Source: Craspedostauros australis
Lineage: Eukaryota
Assembly (NCBI GenBank): GCA_030167865.1
Contig: JALAGF010002670.1
Span: 1-63,696, forward strand
Length of the DNA: 63,696 bases
Direction: 5' to 3'
Both the position numbers and the translations under genes were made by a program. The notes beneath the pieces were generated by a model that saw only the letters and a list, made by a program, of their open reading frames with translations, made no database searches and was not told where the DNA came from. The first letter of the stretch is position 1. Each line of letters begins with the position of its first letter. This document shows positions 45,503 to 61,735 of this stretch, one piece after another.

Positions 45503-46422
45503 TGCTGCTTCGTTTGCTCCTTCAGCTCGTACAGTGGTGGGTAGGCAAGACTACTCGGATGAGCATGTATGGTACATCTGGTACGCGAGGGTGTGGGTAT
45601 GGGTATGGGTATGCGATGCTCCTGAGATGCTCCTGCGATACTCGCGGAACTCAGATGTCGTATGATGGTCGTAATGTGTCCACCCGCAATCGTGGAGAAT
45701 TCATGGGGACATCGGCACATCATCATCATGGTGGCTCCTCTTGTTCTTTGGTTGGGTGAGGCGTTGATGTCTCTGTTTGGCGGGTTTCGGCATCGAGTCA
45801 CGATCAAAAAGATACACTCGGGAATGAAACCTGAATATCGGGCGACGAACGGACCGCCACCTGGAAATGAAGTTGAAGTGTCCTTGTTGTGGTCATCTGA
45901 TTGGGCAACCACACATCAGAAACAAACGTGTGGGAAATGATGGTTCAACCCCAACACACGCACACGCACACGCACACACACACACAACCAGCACCGAGAT
46001 GAAGAACTGCGAAAGAACGTGAGGAAAGCAAACCGAGGCAACCAAACGGATAGCACCAACAGGAAGAGAGAGAGAGAGAGAGACATCTCCGCGTCCACCC
46101 AAACCAGAAGCCGATTCGACTCGGTTTGCATCATCTCCGTCACTGCGTTGGTTGGGCTCTTCTTCTCACTCTGCTCAGACCAGTACATGTGCATCATTTG
46201 ACCAACTGATCATCTGGCCATCAGACAGACAAAACAGAAAGGCGTGTTGACTCCCATCACTCCTCTCAGACATTGAATTTGGTCGCAGCTGCTTCATCCT
46301 CAGAAGATCATCTCGTTCTTCTCAAGCTCATCAGGATCTCACATTGTCGTCGACATCTCAAACGATAGTCGATAATAGCCAGGTACACCAACGTACGGCA
46401 TCCACCAACTCATCTCACAAGA

Positions 46423-49687
<3,265 letters not shown>

Positions 49688-50648
49688 ACCTGTGGGGATG
49701 CGCAAGAGAATGCACGAGTGGGGTGCTCGTAGGTCGTATTCTATGTGGGTAGGTGACAGGTGCGGTCCAGTACTCCTGTATGGTACAGCACCAAACAAGC
49801 CAAATAAGTAGCACTTCGTCGAGCACTCAATGATACCGCAAGCACTCTCACAAAACCATGGGACTCCGACTACAAAATGCACACACGCCACAGTACGTAC
49901 GTCGAGCACTTCTCTCTGATGCCGATGGAATGGCTGTTCCTGGCATTGACATTGGAGGGAGGAGAGGAACGAGGTCGAGCTGAGCAAATCGTGGAGCAAC
50001 CTTCCTCGGTGCGTCAACTCGATGAAACGGCTCCTTTTGGCGAATTGGGGAAGAGTTTTCCTCCATCACCATCCTCGTCATCATTGGTATCTTTGCGTTG
50101 AGTCCCATGTAAAGAATACAATCACGACTGCGGTTCAACAAGTCGACTTTTTTCGCCAATGGTTTGGGCGGAGTGGACTTTTCGCTTGCGTCACTCACCG
50201 CGTCAGACGTGTGAGTTCTTCGCACGCAGCGCAGACGAAAACTGATGTCAAGTGTGGCTGTCCATCGGCCCCGCTCTTGACACGATTCTATCGGACAAGC
50301 AGACAACGATCGTGTCCCGGACAGACGACTCGTACGTGTTTTGCTGTGTGACAGCGACGATGGGTGCGTTTGTGACGTTTTTGTTTTGCAAGGGAGGTGT
50401 GGTGGTGGAGAAAAGTGGTGGACGTTGCTTCGCGCAAAGTCGTCTCTCTGGATTGGGATGCACGTCATCACGCGGCATTCGCACTGCGCTCGCATTGTAT
50501 CTGTCCGTACGCACCCAGGAGCAATTGTGCGGAAGAGAGACAACAGCCGAACAGGTCATGGAAAACCAACAAAGATCGGAGCAAACAACGCCATCAACTC
50601 ATAAACCCACAAAAGAAATCAACACAGATAATTTCTTTAGACGACAAG

Positions 50649-52190
50649 ATGAAGACCGCATTCTGCATCGCCGCCTGCTTGGCCACCGCCAACGCCTTCG
50701 CTCCAGCTGCCAAGCCAGCTTTCAGGTACGTCGGTATCGACGGAGGATGCAATAGTTGATGGCTACGTCCAGCACCTTCCTCGAAGCGCATCAAAGGTCG
50801 ATGCTGCTCTGTGGAGGCTGGAGACGCAGGGTGATGGCAAAGATTGCGTTGATGGAGTTCGCAAAACGTCGCTCTGCGAAGATACGCAAGCTGCACCATC
50901 AACAAGCCAGCACGGCTTACCGATCGACGCTTGAATCAATCAACCCATCATGCAACGATCCTGTCTGAGCCACATCACGTAACATGGAACAAATAGTGTA
51001 GCAATGATGTGATGTGATGCGAGAGCACAACACTTTGACTGTGACAGCATGCAAACGATTCATCATCAGCCGATCGGCCGACGTGCACAAAAATCCAACG
51101 AGACTGCTGCATTCAATCGTCACGCGCAAACCGACACTGACCAATTCCTTCCTTCACTTGACTCGACCATCTGGTAAATGGACGGATGCGAACGCGTGCG
51201 CACTTCCACACCATTGCATGATTTGACTCGCTCGTTTCGAATCACAGCACCGGCATCGCCGCCCAGGACTTCCTCGAGGCTGAGCCATACTATGACCAGT
51301 CCACCGTCCCAGTGAATGTTCACAAGAACAAGTCCCCATTCACCGGAAAGGTCGTCTCCACCAAGCGCATTGTCGGACCAAAGGCCACCGGAGAGACTTG
51401 CCACATCATCATCGACCACGAGGGTGACTTCCCATACTGGGAGGGACAATCGTGGGGTGTGATCCCACCGGGCACCCGCGAGAAGGATGGAAAGCCACAC
51501 TCCGTCCGTCTCTACTCCATCGCGTCTTCCCGTTACGGTGATGACATGACCGGAAAGACCGGATCCCTGTGCGTCCGTCGCGCCACCTACTGGTGCCCAG
51601 AGCTCAAGGCCGACGATCCAGCCAAGAAGGGCATCTGCTCCAACTTCCTGTGCGACTCCCAGCCAGGTGACGAGGTGAAGATGACCGGCCCAGCCGGAAA
51701 GGTCATGCTTATGCCAGAGGAGGACCCAACCACCGACTACATCATGGTCGCCACCGGAACCGGAATTGCCCCATACCGTGGATTCGTCCGCCGTCTGTTC
51801 GCGGAGGACACCCCAGCCGCCAAGGCCTACAAGGGTGAGGCCTGGTTGTTCCTCGGAGTCGCCAACAGCGACGCCCTCCTTTACGATGACGAGTTCCAGG
51901 CCGCCAAGAAGGAGTTCCCAGACAACTTCCGCATCGACTACGCCCTCTCCCGCGAGCAGACCAACAAGTCTGGCGGAAAGATGTACATCCAGGACAAGGT
52001 CGAGGAGTACGCCGATGAGATCTTCGAGAAGCTCGAGAACGGTGCCCACATCTACTTCTGCGGACTGAAGGGAATGATGCCAGGAATCCAGGACATGCTC
52101 AAGGGAGTCGCCGAGAAGAAGGGACTCGAATACGGTGACTGGCTCAAGAGCCTCAAGTCCAAGAAGCAGTGGCACGTCGAGGTCTACTAA
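50649..52190 (+). CDS. petH: Plastid ferredoxin--NADP+ reductase; exons 50649-50725 and 51248-52190, ~339 aa
   Basis: Presequence [65 protein letters not shown] and WHVEVY*; phase-2 GTACGT...CACAG intron. Confidence 0.97.
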
Positions 52191-53107
52191 ATTCGTGCTT
52201 GGTAGACGACAATTGCAACAACAACAATGATGATGATGATCTGCTCATAGCCTGTCGCGCGACTGCTAGAGTGTCAATGGGCCGTAGATAATCGAACACA
52301 AAAGTATAGCCATCGCCCTCGGTTGTATTCACAAAGACAATTTCCCACTCGTTCGAATGTTCCTGTTGTGCTTCGTTGGATTGAAGATTGCTTTGCCTTG
52401 GTTGATCAGGATGAAGAGGAGAGCAGGGTACTCCACTCAGCTCTGCTCGACTGTGCGAGGGGGTGATGCCGACGAGACTGTGCCCATCATGGCCACATCG
52501 AAGGAGGATGCCAACTCCGTGTTCGTGCATGTGTATATCTAGATCCAATATTGTAGCCTAACTTTCAAATCGTGATCATGAACTGCCCATCGAATCGTTA
52601 GCGCACCTCAATACAGTATTTCATGTGTATCGACATTCCCGTGAAATGCCGTTCAGAATTTGCGATTAATTTAGCCGTCTCACATTCATACTCAACGGTT
52701 GCTGGGCGAGCTTCTTGAGTTTTTCTCTCCTGCCGCGCAATCCACAGCGTTGATGTGTGGATGACTGCGCGCCCTTGCGGTCGCTGGGTGAGTGGTCGGT
52801 GGTCGTTGGCACGCCGTTGATGGGAGCGAAGCTGACACGAGCGCAAGATGCAGAACGGAAGGTAAACAGAACGGCAAAGAGAGCTTCACACCACAACAGG
52901 CATCTTTGTTCGCAGAAACAGGAGAGAGAGAGAGGAGAGAGGAGGGAGTTGGTACTCGTACAAATACGGTTCGCGAGAATACTCCGCCATTACTCAACTC
53001 AACTCTACTTCCAATTTCATACTCCGCTCTCCCACACCAAGAGAACACAAATAACACAAATAACACAGGAGCAGAGTTGCAGAGAGGAGCAGAGAGTGCC
53101 ATTCGCC

Positions 53108-55870
53108 ATGGTTGCACCATCTCCGAACATGGCCACAACCAGAGTCAAGGGCCCAACAATGGCCTCCACGTTCAGTCGGCGACGTCGCAAGGCTGCTCAC
53201 GCCACCAACGGCAAGAGCATCCAGAACACAAAAGTCGAAGTCAGCGGAGGGAGTCATGACAAAGTCGTCGATTGTGCCGGTAGCAGCACTAGCAGCAGCA
53301 CCAGCAGCAGCAGTAAAGCCCAGAACAACCACAACAGCAGAAGCAAACAACACAGAAGTCTGCTGAACATTGGCACTGCAACGCACAAGGCAGGAGAAAC
53401 CCAGCTATCTCCGCTCGATCTCACCATGGTCACGCTCACTGACGAGAGCAATGCCACCACCGCCACAAATCCATCAAGGGATGGCGACAGCCCCACAAAA
53501 CAGCAGCATCAACGGCGTACCCTCACGAACGGAGATGTCACAATGGTTGGAGATCGTCCTGACAACAATGACAACATTAATAGCAACGACAATGACGACA
53601 CAGCAGAAGCGCGGGATGGCCAAAGACGTAAACGGTCACTGTTCGGCCGCCGAAGACGTCAGAGTGGCAGCACCACGCCGCAATCAGCGTCTCCCATCAC
53701 ATCCCTTGGTGCAATGCTGAGACGAGCCGCCAGGCGTAGTCCGCTCCTCAAAAAGCAACGACAACATCAACAGAAGCAGAAGCAGAAACAGCAACAGGAC
53801 GCAGATTCGAACAATGGCAACAGCGGCCAAACTGTGTTCAACGCTGATGCGAACACGGTGGAGGACAAGGATGTGGCTGCCTCAGTCAACACCGACACCA
53901 CCGAATCCACCGTGGCAATGGGAAACAGCACCACTGTGGACAGGACGACCATCATCACGGAAGCAGTGACACCAATGCGGCACGAGCATTCGCACTATGG
54001 CATCGAGCACACAAACTCCCTGGATTCAGAGCAATTGCGCCGCCCGTTGCAGCTGGAGAGGCAGTTAACTCCGGTTTACAACTGCTCGTCCACGATGTTG
54101 CATCACCCGTGCTTCATTGGCATATGTGCCAAGCCTGACTCTGTGGATATCGACAACGAGCACTCCGTCCACGCGTTCAACGAAGCACGTTCCAATGCTC
54201 TCATGCAGCTCCCAGAAGATCCGACCGTGCAGGAATCCATCGAGTGCATCTTTGCTTCGCATGCTACCGGGGGTGGTGACCTTTGGGCCCAGCATCCAAG
54301 CGACGAGGAGGAGGAGGAGGAGGAGGACGATGTCCATGCGCCCAATCAAGCAGACATGAACGCGAGGAGAAACGCGGTGGGCATTGTCGACGACAGTGAG
54401 ACTGACGCGGAATATGACATGCCGCTGAACGATTGCAAGCCCTTCTACGTGCACGGAAGTCAATTGGTGTCACCAAGCGTCATGCTGCAATCGAAGCATC
54501 TGCGATCGGACAGACAGATCCAGACGGTGGAAATGATGAATGCCAAACAACTGATGCGTCGTCAACAGACGGCTCCAATCACCCCCGAGAAAATGTCGCC
54601 GCCAGCATCGCCGGAGAGGTCTGTGGGCAGCGACAGTCGAGATATGTCCACGGTCAATGATGATGCGCACACTGTGGCAACAGTTGCCGCCGAATGCATG
54701 TCTCCGCAACCGTGCCGATGCGGATCGTCCAAGCTGCCGACTGCCGATCCATCCAAGTGGCCACAATCGCCGTTGATGATGAGACCGACGCCCGGCAGCG
54801 GCACAATCGTCAAAGGCGTGCGCTTCACAGACTCATCCGAGTACTTTTGGGAGCCGGGTCCCACCACGTTCGATGACAGATCGTGGCCGCAGGTGCTGGT
54901 GGAACAGTGGGACGCAAAGTCGAACGCTAATGCCGGCACAAAGCAAGCCCCCGCAGATCCAGCAATCGCGAACGCCATGAACAAATGTACATTCAACAAC
55001 AGCTGCCCGCGCTGCTGCATCGTCCCGATCAACAACGGTAACGAGGAGAGAGGCGAGGCCATTGCCATTGACTTTGAATCCGAGATCTTCGATGGATCAA
55101 TCGTGGTCCGCATCCGCCACAGCAACGGCACAACACCGCAGCCGTACGATGACAGCAAGGGCTACTTCGAGGGCATGAACCGTCGGTATCACACTGTGGT
55201 GCGTGGCAGGTTCAAGAAGAGGATCCCATGGTCGCAGCTGGTCTCTGGCTACCAGCTGGATCGCCCGTGCGGCAGGCTGCCATCGAAGTGGATTCTGAAG
55301 GGTGGCACGAAGGTGGTGGGCTTCTTCGCTCCCCAGCTTGATGTCAAGTACGACTGCAAGGAACCATACTCATTTACGCCGCTGGGATCCACCCCGCAAT
55401 CCATCACGGTGGAGACGCAGCCGAACACATTGATGGACGACGCCCACGAGGAACCGAAGGAACCCCACCGCACGCTCATGGGCGAAGCGCATTCGGTACC
55501 AACATCCATGCAACGATCACGAGCGCGCAAGAAGGCGTTCGACAAGGTGTACGTCCATCGCAACGAATCATTGTGCACCGATCCGGACCGAATCTACACG
55601 TTCGAGTTCCTCCAGCATCTTTTCAACTTCCAGGACTTCTCCGTCGAGCTCGGCAACATGCTCGGCAGCGTCGCGTTGGGTGGGGTTTTGGACGGCCAGC
55701 CCTTCCAGGTCATGGCCATGCATCAGGCATCCGCATCCGCGCCGAAGGGCAACAAGACCCCAATCTGGTCTTTCGATCTTTGGCACAAGTGTCTGTGGGA
55801 GGCCGCGGTGCGCCACGATGAGATTGCCAGGTCCGGCAAGATAGACGTGAAGAGGGTGAAGAGCAAGTAG
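53108..55870 (+). CDS. DUF1769-domain protein with long disordered N-terminus, ~920 aa
   Basis: C-terminal IDFESEIFDG..VRIR, YFEGMNRRY..VVRGRFKK, TPLGSTPQ, RARKKAF, YTFEFLQHL and LDGQP resemble DUF1769; first ATG at 53108. Confidence 0.75.
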   Translation: MVAPSPNMATTRVKGPTMASTFSRRRRKAAHATNGKSIQNTKVEVSGGSHDKVVDCAGSSTSSSTSSSSKAQNNHNSRSKQHRSLLNIGTATHKAGETQLSPLDLTMVTLTDESNATTATNPSRDGDSPTKQQHQRRTLTNGDVTMVGDRPDNNDNINSNDNDDTAEARDGQRRKRSLFGRRRRQSGSTTPQSASPITSLGAMLRRAARRSPLLKKQRQHQQKQKQKQQQDADSNNGNSGQTVFNADANTVEDKDVAASVNTDTTESTVAMGNSTTVDRTTIITEAVTPMRHEHSHYGIEHTNSLDSEQLRRPLQLERQLTPVYNCSSTMLHHPCFIGICAKPDSVDIDNEHSVHAFNEARSNALMQLPEDPTVQESIECIFASHATGGGDLWAQHPSDEEEEEEEDDVHAPNQADMNARRNAVGIVDDSETDAEYDMPLNDCKPFYVHGSQLVSPSVMLQSKHLRSDRQIQTVEMMNAKQLMRRQQTAPITPEKMSPPASPERSVGSDSRDMSTVNDDAHTVATVAAECMSPQPCRCGSSKLPTADPSKWPQSPLMMRPTPGSGTIVKGVRFTDSSEYFWEPGPTTFDDRSWPQVLVEQWDAKSNANAGTKQAPADPAIANAMNKCTFNNSCPRCCIVPINNGNEERGEAIAIDFESEIFDGSIVVRIRHSNGTTPQPYDDSKGYFEGMNRRYHTVVRGRFKKRIPWSQLVSGYQLDRPCGRLPSKWILKGGTKVVGFFAPQLDVKYDCKEPYSFTPLGSTPQSITVETQPNTLMDDAHEEPKEPHRTLMGEAHSVPTSMQRSRARKKAFDKVYVHRNESLCTDPDRIYTFEFLQHLFNFQDFSVELGNMLGSVALGGVLDGQPFQVMAMHQASASAPKGNKTPIWSFDLWHKCLWEAAVRHDEIARSGKIDVKRVKSK

Positions 55871-56628
55871 GTCTTGATGATGAGGATAGAGCACCATGGA
55901 GGAGCGTGGTCGTAGACTACTCTGAAATGTTCCACAGGCAGAAGCGATACTCTCTTCTCATATGGTGGAGAATGCTCAGCGTGTTGGGTACGGAGATTGC
56001 ATCGTATTGCGAGTGTCAAGACCAATGCACACGCACACATACTAACTAATAGCATGGGGTATAGAGAGAGAGAGCAGAGGATACTGTTTTCCAGAGACAG
56101 ATGATTGCGTTGCGTCGTTCCTGATTTCGCGGCGACGGACATCGCAATGAACACCAATCGCACACGACGACGCACGAAGGAGGACGAAACAATCTGTCTG
56201 ACCCACAAACACAAAGGGAACGAATGGGGAAGACACAGAGAAGAGAAGAAGGATGGATCCCCGCACCGCGCAACATTTCTCTGTTGGTATGAATGCATCA
56301 TGCAGACTCTACTACTCTACGTATTCAACAAACGCACAATCATCGGCCTGAGAACACATTCCATTCAAGCCAAGTATGATAATATGCACAAGCACCATCC
56401 AAATACGAAAGAGCATGGAGAGGAGAGCTGTGTTGAGACCTCTTTCAGAGTAGGATCGCTGCATGGCGCATGGTGGATCCATGATCAACAAGCCGTGATC
56501 ACCAAGATACATGAGAGGGTGCATCCGATTGGCACACCCATCGTCAGGTATTCCTGGTTCCACATTCGCACGGGTACAGGAACGGATATGTATAGGAAGA
56601 CTTCGCAACATCCGGATCACAGCATGGC

Positions 56629-57688
56629 ATGACACTCTGGCAGTGGCACGAGGACTTGCGACTGCTCTGTATCAAGAGGAACTCGAAGTGCCCATGGGCA
56701 TTAAAAACAGCGAAGGAACGCGCACTACACCTCAACTACGGAATCGAGTTCGAGACGTTCAGAGTGAACGACATCAACATCATGTACTATCTCGTGATGA
56801 CAAATGGGCTGGCAGTACCAGTACCAGCGCCTTTCGAGACATTCGGCCACGTTGTGTTGGATGAGGACGGAAATGCTCAGGTGGATCCGGCATTCACGCA
56901 GCCAGAAACACTGAAGCGGCCATACTTGGAAGACAAGGCCATGCAACTGCTCTGTGTGTGTGGCAGTTGGACGGCGGGAAGAATCCGAAGGACGACCATG
57001 CATTTCTCCGAAGGACTCTGTGTGCCCACGAGTTTCTGTCGCCGCGAATCGTCGACTCTGCCATCACTGTTGCAACGACGGCCGCACCAGAGCGCAGGGA
57101 ATGTATCCGATCCATCCTGAAGGATATGCTCAACATGCAGCTCAAGACAACCAGTAACAACGGGACGGACCATGTGCGGGAGGCGTGGGATGCTCTGAAA
57201 GGTGTGATTCCTGTTTCTGTTTGGTCAGACTTTGCGCTGGGCGGGACGCATTTGCAAAATCCCAAAATAAACCTCAGCATCCAAGACAGCGAACAGGAAC
57301 TCAAGAAATGGGAGGGTCACATGCAGGATCTCGCGAAGGAAAGCCGGTCCGATGAGAGGAAGCATCGCATGCGGCTGAACCGTTGGGACAACCTGACAGG
57401 AAGGGAGGTGGATCCAAGATCCTCTGGAGACATTCTCACTTGTAGACGCTCGACGCCTGGCATACTTCATTGTGGGACGTCGAAGTGCCAGCATTGGACA
57501 TGGACAATGAGCTGGTAGACAGCCTTTGGCAGATGAGGAACAGATGCGACGCCCTTGAGAACGAGATCCATCATTCAGACACAGGCTCATTCAATCCAAC
57601 CGATCAGAGCATTTCTATCCATCACTCGCGACTGTGGCGGAGGGATCGACCAACCGAGCGGATGGACACGTTTCTGCTTGTGGAGTGA
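56629..57688 (+). pseudogene. Possible fragmented or spliced gene of unknown family
   Basis: Three consecutive overlapping protein-like ORFs (56629-57120, 56958-57518, 57470-57688) in successive frames; no motif recognised. Confidence 0.25.
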
Positions 57689-60207
57689 GAAAGGTCACAG
57701 ACGGCACAGGAAGATCGCTTCGTGGTTAAGGATGTCGAAGCGCAGTAGGAGCTGGATGCTTGGAAGGGTGAGAATGACGATTGGTTACAGAACCTGGATG
57801 AGGGGTGTGCGCCAGAACGAAAGAAATGCAATCGTTGTCTGCAACAGGAACATGATTGTATCGGAGTGGGTGGCCAGCACCGTGTGAATGGGCCGCACAA
57901 TCTTCGATGCAGTCGCTGCTTTGTTGCAGTTGAGAATGGCTCACACTCACCAACACTCGCACTACTACTCGCAGAACATGAGCACACACAGATACACTTC
58001 AATTGTACTCGTATTTGCCAGACTATGGTATGATGCACGAGAGGAAGGAGCTGAGAACCATCTCGCTGGGCGGTGCGGTGCCGTGGCATGTCATTCCGAA
58101 TGTACTACTATCGGACGGTACAGCCGCCACATGGCCGCGGCTGCCATGGTTCTGCATCAGAGTCCGCTCTCTGCATGCCAGTGCGGATACGGTGTCATTC
58201 TCAGTTATCTTCGGAAGGACACAGTCCGGGTCGAGCGTGCTCCACCCTGATAGTGTGCAAGAAGAGTATCTTTTGGCGCAACGCACGAGAACGAATGACA
58301 TGATTGGATCCACGCCACGAGTAGATCGTGCTGCAACAGCACCCTCTTCCGGAGCTCGTACCGTCGAGGCCTTCTCTTGGCAACAACCACCCGGAGCAGA
58401 ATTTGTACAGTATCTACTGGGGTGTTGCTCCTGAAGAATGTACGGGTACTCCAATCAGCTATTATTCCTCCACTTCGAACCACACGAAGGGTTGAAACGG
58501 ACTGTGTGTTTCACGAAGATCTTTCCACAAAATCAAGTCCGCAGAGGCAATCTTGCGATTGGTTACTCCACCACAAGGCTACTTCTGCGAGGGAGTGGCG
58601 TTCCACTCTCCGGAAACTCACGGTGACAACGGAGATGAAGACAAGGATCCAGAGCCAAGATCGGAATCAAGAGAGGGAGAGGATGATCGCATGGGAAAAG
58701 GGCTGAAGTGCGCACTGTACTCCTATTGCACTACTATATCACCGCGGGCATTACAGTCCGCAGAATCTCCAATCCTCTTCTGTGTGTCTTCTCATGCCGT
58801 CTCCTCCCATGTCATCTGTTCGGCAGATGGGATTTCAGAATCTTAATAGAATAGAGCGGAGACACGAAGATGGTGTCACCGAACAAGGATCTCGCGTCCT
58901 TTCTGAGAACTTGTCGAGCCAGATGCTGGTTCCCCCCTGTGCCTGAATTCATTCCTCACTTTCCACAAACTGGGGGACTGAAGGTGTCAGTTGCGTTCAT
59001 CATGATGCGATGTGGCCGAAGAAAGTTCCCATCAGCGCTCAGCGAAACAGCACCGACATGCGCATCTTCACCATTGGTGAGGCTTTTGGCAACTTGTCGC
59101 CATATTTTTTGTTTGTGCCCGACATCTTCACGAATAACAACAGAGCGCGTTTGTGGTGCGTTTGTAGTACGTTTGCAGTACGTTAGTGATGGAGCGTGCA
59201 CTTTCTGCGATGAAAAAAGTGAGGCAGTATTGTGGAGAGCAATGAAACGCGTGCACGTCGAAGGCGATGACGGTTATAGACCGTTATAGGTATGGCTGAA
59301 CGGGCGGTTTCCACGATTTGAAGACACTCTCTGTTGTGACGACGAAGTGTGCGTTGGCTTGGTGTGGTTCTTGCGAGCATTCAGCATTGGGAAGCGAAGG
59401 CCAGTCACATGGTGCAGATACGAGTGGAAGTGCCGATTCGTGATTCTCGATTGGACGCGCAGGCGCGAGCAGGACAAGCCAGTCTCGGCTATCGCTTCGC
59501 ACATCTATGGCTCCAACGCAACAAGCGACAACACCAAAACCTCGCCACGCAGCCACGTGCCCCACTTTTCTTGGCACCGGCGTTTCTGGCGCAAGTCCGT
59601 ATGAAGTTGTGGCGCAGAAATACGCGAGAAATGACAAAGAATGCGAGGGAAAACAGAGGAGACTTCAGCGACATCATCTCCAACGACGACGATCGCGGCG
59701 ATAGCGACAACCAAACCAGCAACGGCAACAAAAGCAGAGGAAGAGAGAGAAAGAGAGACAGTCGACCGAACCAAACAGCATTTGAATTGATCTCCAAAGC
59801 ACAACTGATTGCATTGAGAAACAACAGGTGGCTGTCATACCAACAGAGACACAAAGTGTCACACAGAGAACACAGCTGCGCTCCCTCCAACACACATCAT
59901 CACATCTCATCACATCTCATCTCATCACATCACAAAGGAGCATCTGCCCACCACCATCCCACATTCTCCTTCGCAATCACAAACAAAGCAACCAAGGACA
60001 TCATCCTGAAGCGCTCCCCTCTGATCGCATCAAACTCAAAGAGAACTCAAGCATATTCATTCTCACCTCACATTCCACACACCCACCTACTCTCTACACT
60101 GCACACCGTACAGAGCATACTCTGCCGTGGAAAGGATTTTATCAAGCCATTGAGCACATCTCGTGTCATCCCAATACCGTAATACGACCTCAACGACAAC
60201 AACGACC

Positions 60208-61735
60208 ATGCCGCCAAAGCCACAGCCACTCTGGCACGACGATGAACCAGCCAGCATCGGCGTGAACAACCCGCTCTGGCACAGCGACTCTGAGGGCGAC
60301 GAGGATCCTCTGCTTGTGGAGGACTCCGATCTCGCCAACCTCGACCTGTACGTCGATGAGTACGACTGCGAGGCCAATGACGCGCGCAGAGCCTCCCTCT
60401 CCAACAGCTGCGGCACCAACGACAATGGCTGCACCAGACCCCTCACGCAGCCCAAGAGATCCAGCATCTCCAAGATCACGGGTGCCGGCACCTCCGAGTT
60501 CGCCTCCTCCTTCTACGAGAGCAGCGGGTTCTCCGTGGATGGCATCTCCAAGCTGGAACGCCTCAGGAGACGGCAACGCGAGAGACGCGCCCAGAAGGGT
60601 GCCTCCAACAACTACTGCGGCTGTTTCATCTTCGTGACTCTGGTCGCCCTGATCATCATCTTCAGCGTGCACGCCAAGGACAAGGACGATGGCCCAGCCT
60701 CGGCCACGCCACTGTTCGAACCGTACGTGTGCGAGGCTGCGCCAGCCGTTTCTACAGAGGGCGATGGCCAGACATCAAGCAAAGCGGCAGCCGGTTCCTC
60801 CGCCAACCCACCACTTCACACGCTCATGGAGAACTACTCCCAGCTCGACAGCATGTGCGAGATCGACATCACAGCGAACCGCGCCGAGCAGGAGTGCATG
60901 TGCAACGATCCCACGCGACCAATCGACGTCAACGTTGCAGCTGACATGCTGCCGCAGTGGCAACAAAACCTCAAGCAGTCAGACGCTCTCGCCAAACAGT
61001 CCGTGTCAGGGGGAGCAAGTCAAAAGTCGCCAGATGTCGTCTTCCTTGGCGAATCGCTCACGCAATGGAAGGGCATGCAGACCGTTCTGGATCAGGTGAA
61101 CGGACTGCACCTGGGCATCGATGGAGAGAGGGTGAGTGATGTTCGTCCGTCCGTCCTGCTCTTCTCGCACAGCACTTGCATGGTTGTGTGTCGACCGTTG
61201 CGTTGTCACGTCGGTGCCGCACCAACTAACCATGCCCCATTTCATTTTCATCCGCTCATTGGCTCACGAAACCTTACTCTCCACTGGATTTGGGCTACTG
61301 CCGCTAAACTCTTGCATTCATTCACACGCGCAGTGTTCAACCCTTTTGTACAGACTCGACAATGGTGGCATCCCAGACGAACTGACGCCGAAGGTTTGGT
61401 GGATCACCGTTGGCGCCAACGACGTCACCGACATGTGCAATCTCGACGGCATCCATGCCGGAATCGCGCAAATCGTTGACAAGATCCAGCAGCTTCGACC
61501 AGGAGCACAGATAGTGCTCAATGCATTCGACGCATCAAAGTCCGACTTCCGCCTGAGGCATCTCAACCAGCGCATGTCCTGCTTGGCTGACTCCACCGAC
61601 AACGTCGATGCCTTCAACCCATACCAAAACGTCGAAGACGATGATTTTGCGGAGGATGTCACCTCCTCGACATCATCGACCAAATCGGAAGATCCAACCG
61701 CATCCATGGTTGATACCATCCGCTCCTATCTCTAA
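60208..61735 (+). CDS. Type II membrane SGNH/GDSL hydrolase-like protein (PAF-acetylhydrolase Ib-like); exons 60208-61131 and 61334-61735, ~441 aa
   Basis: TM segment after a basic patch; PDVVFLGESLT (block I), LGIDGER|CSTLLYRLDNG (block II) and KVWWITVGAND (block III); phase-0 GTGAGT...CGCAG intron. Confidence 0.78.
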
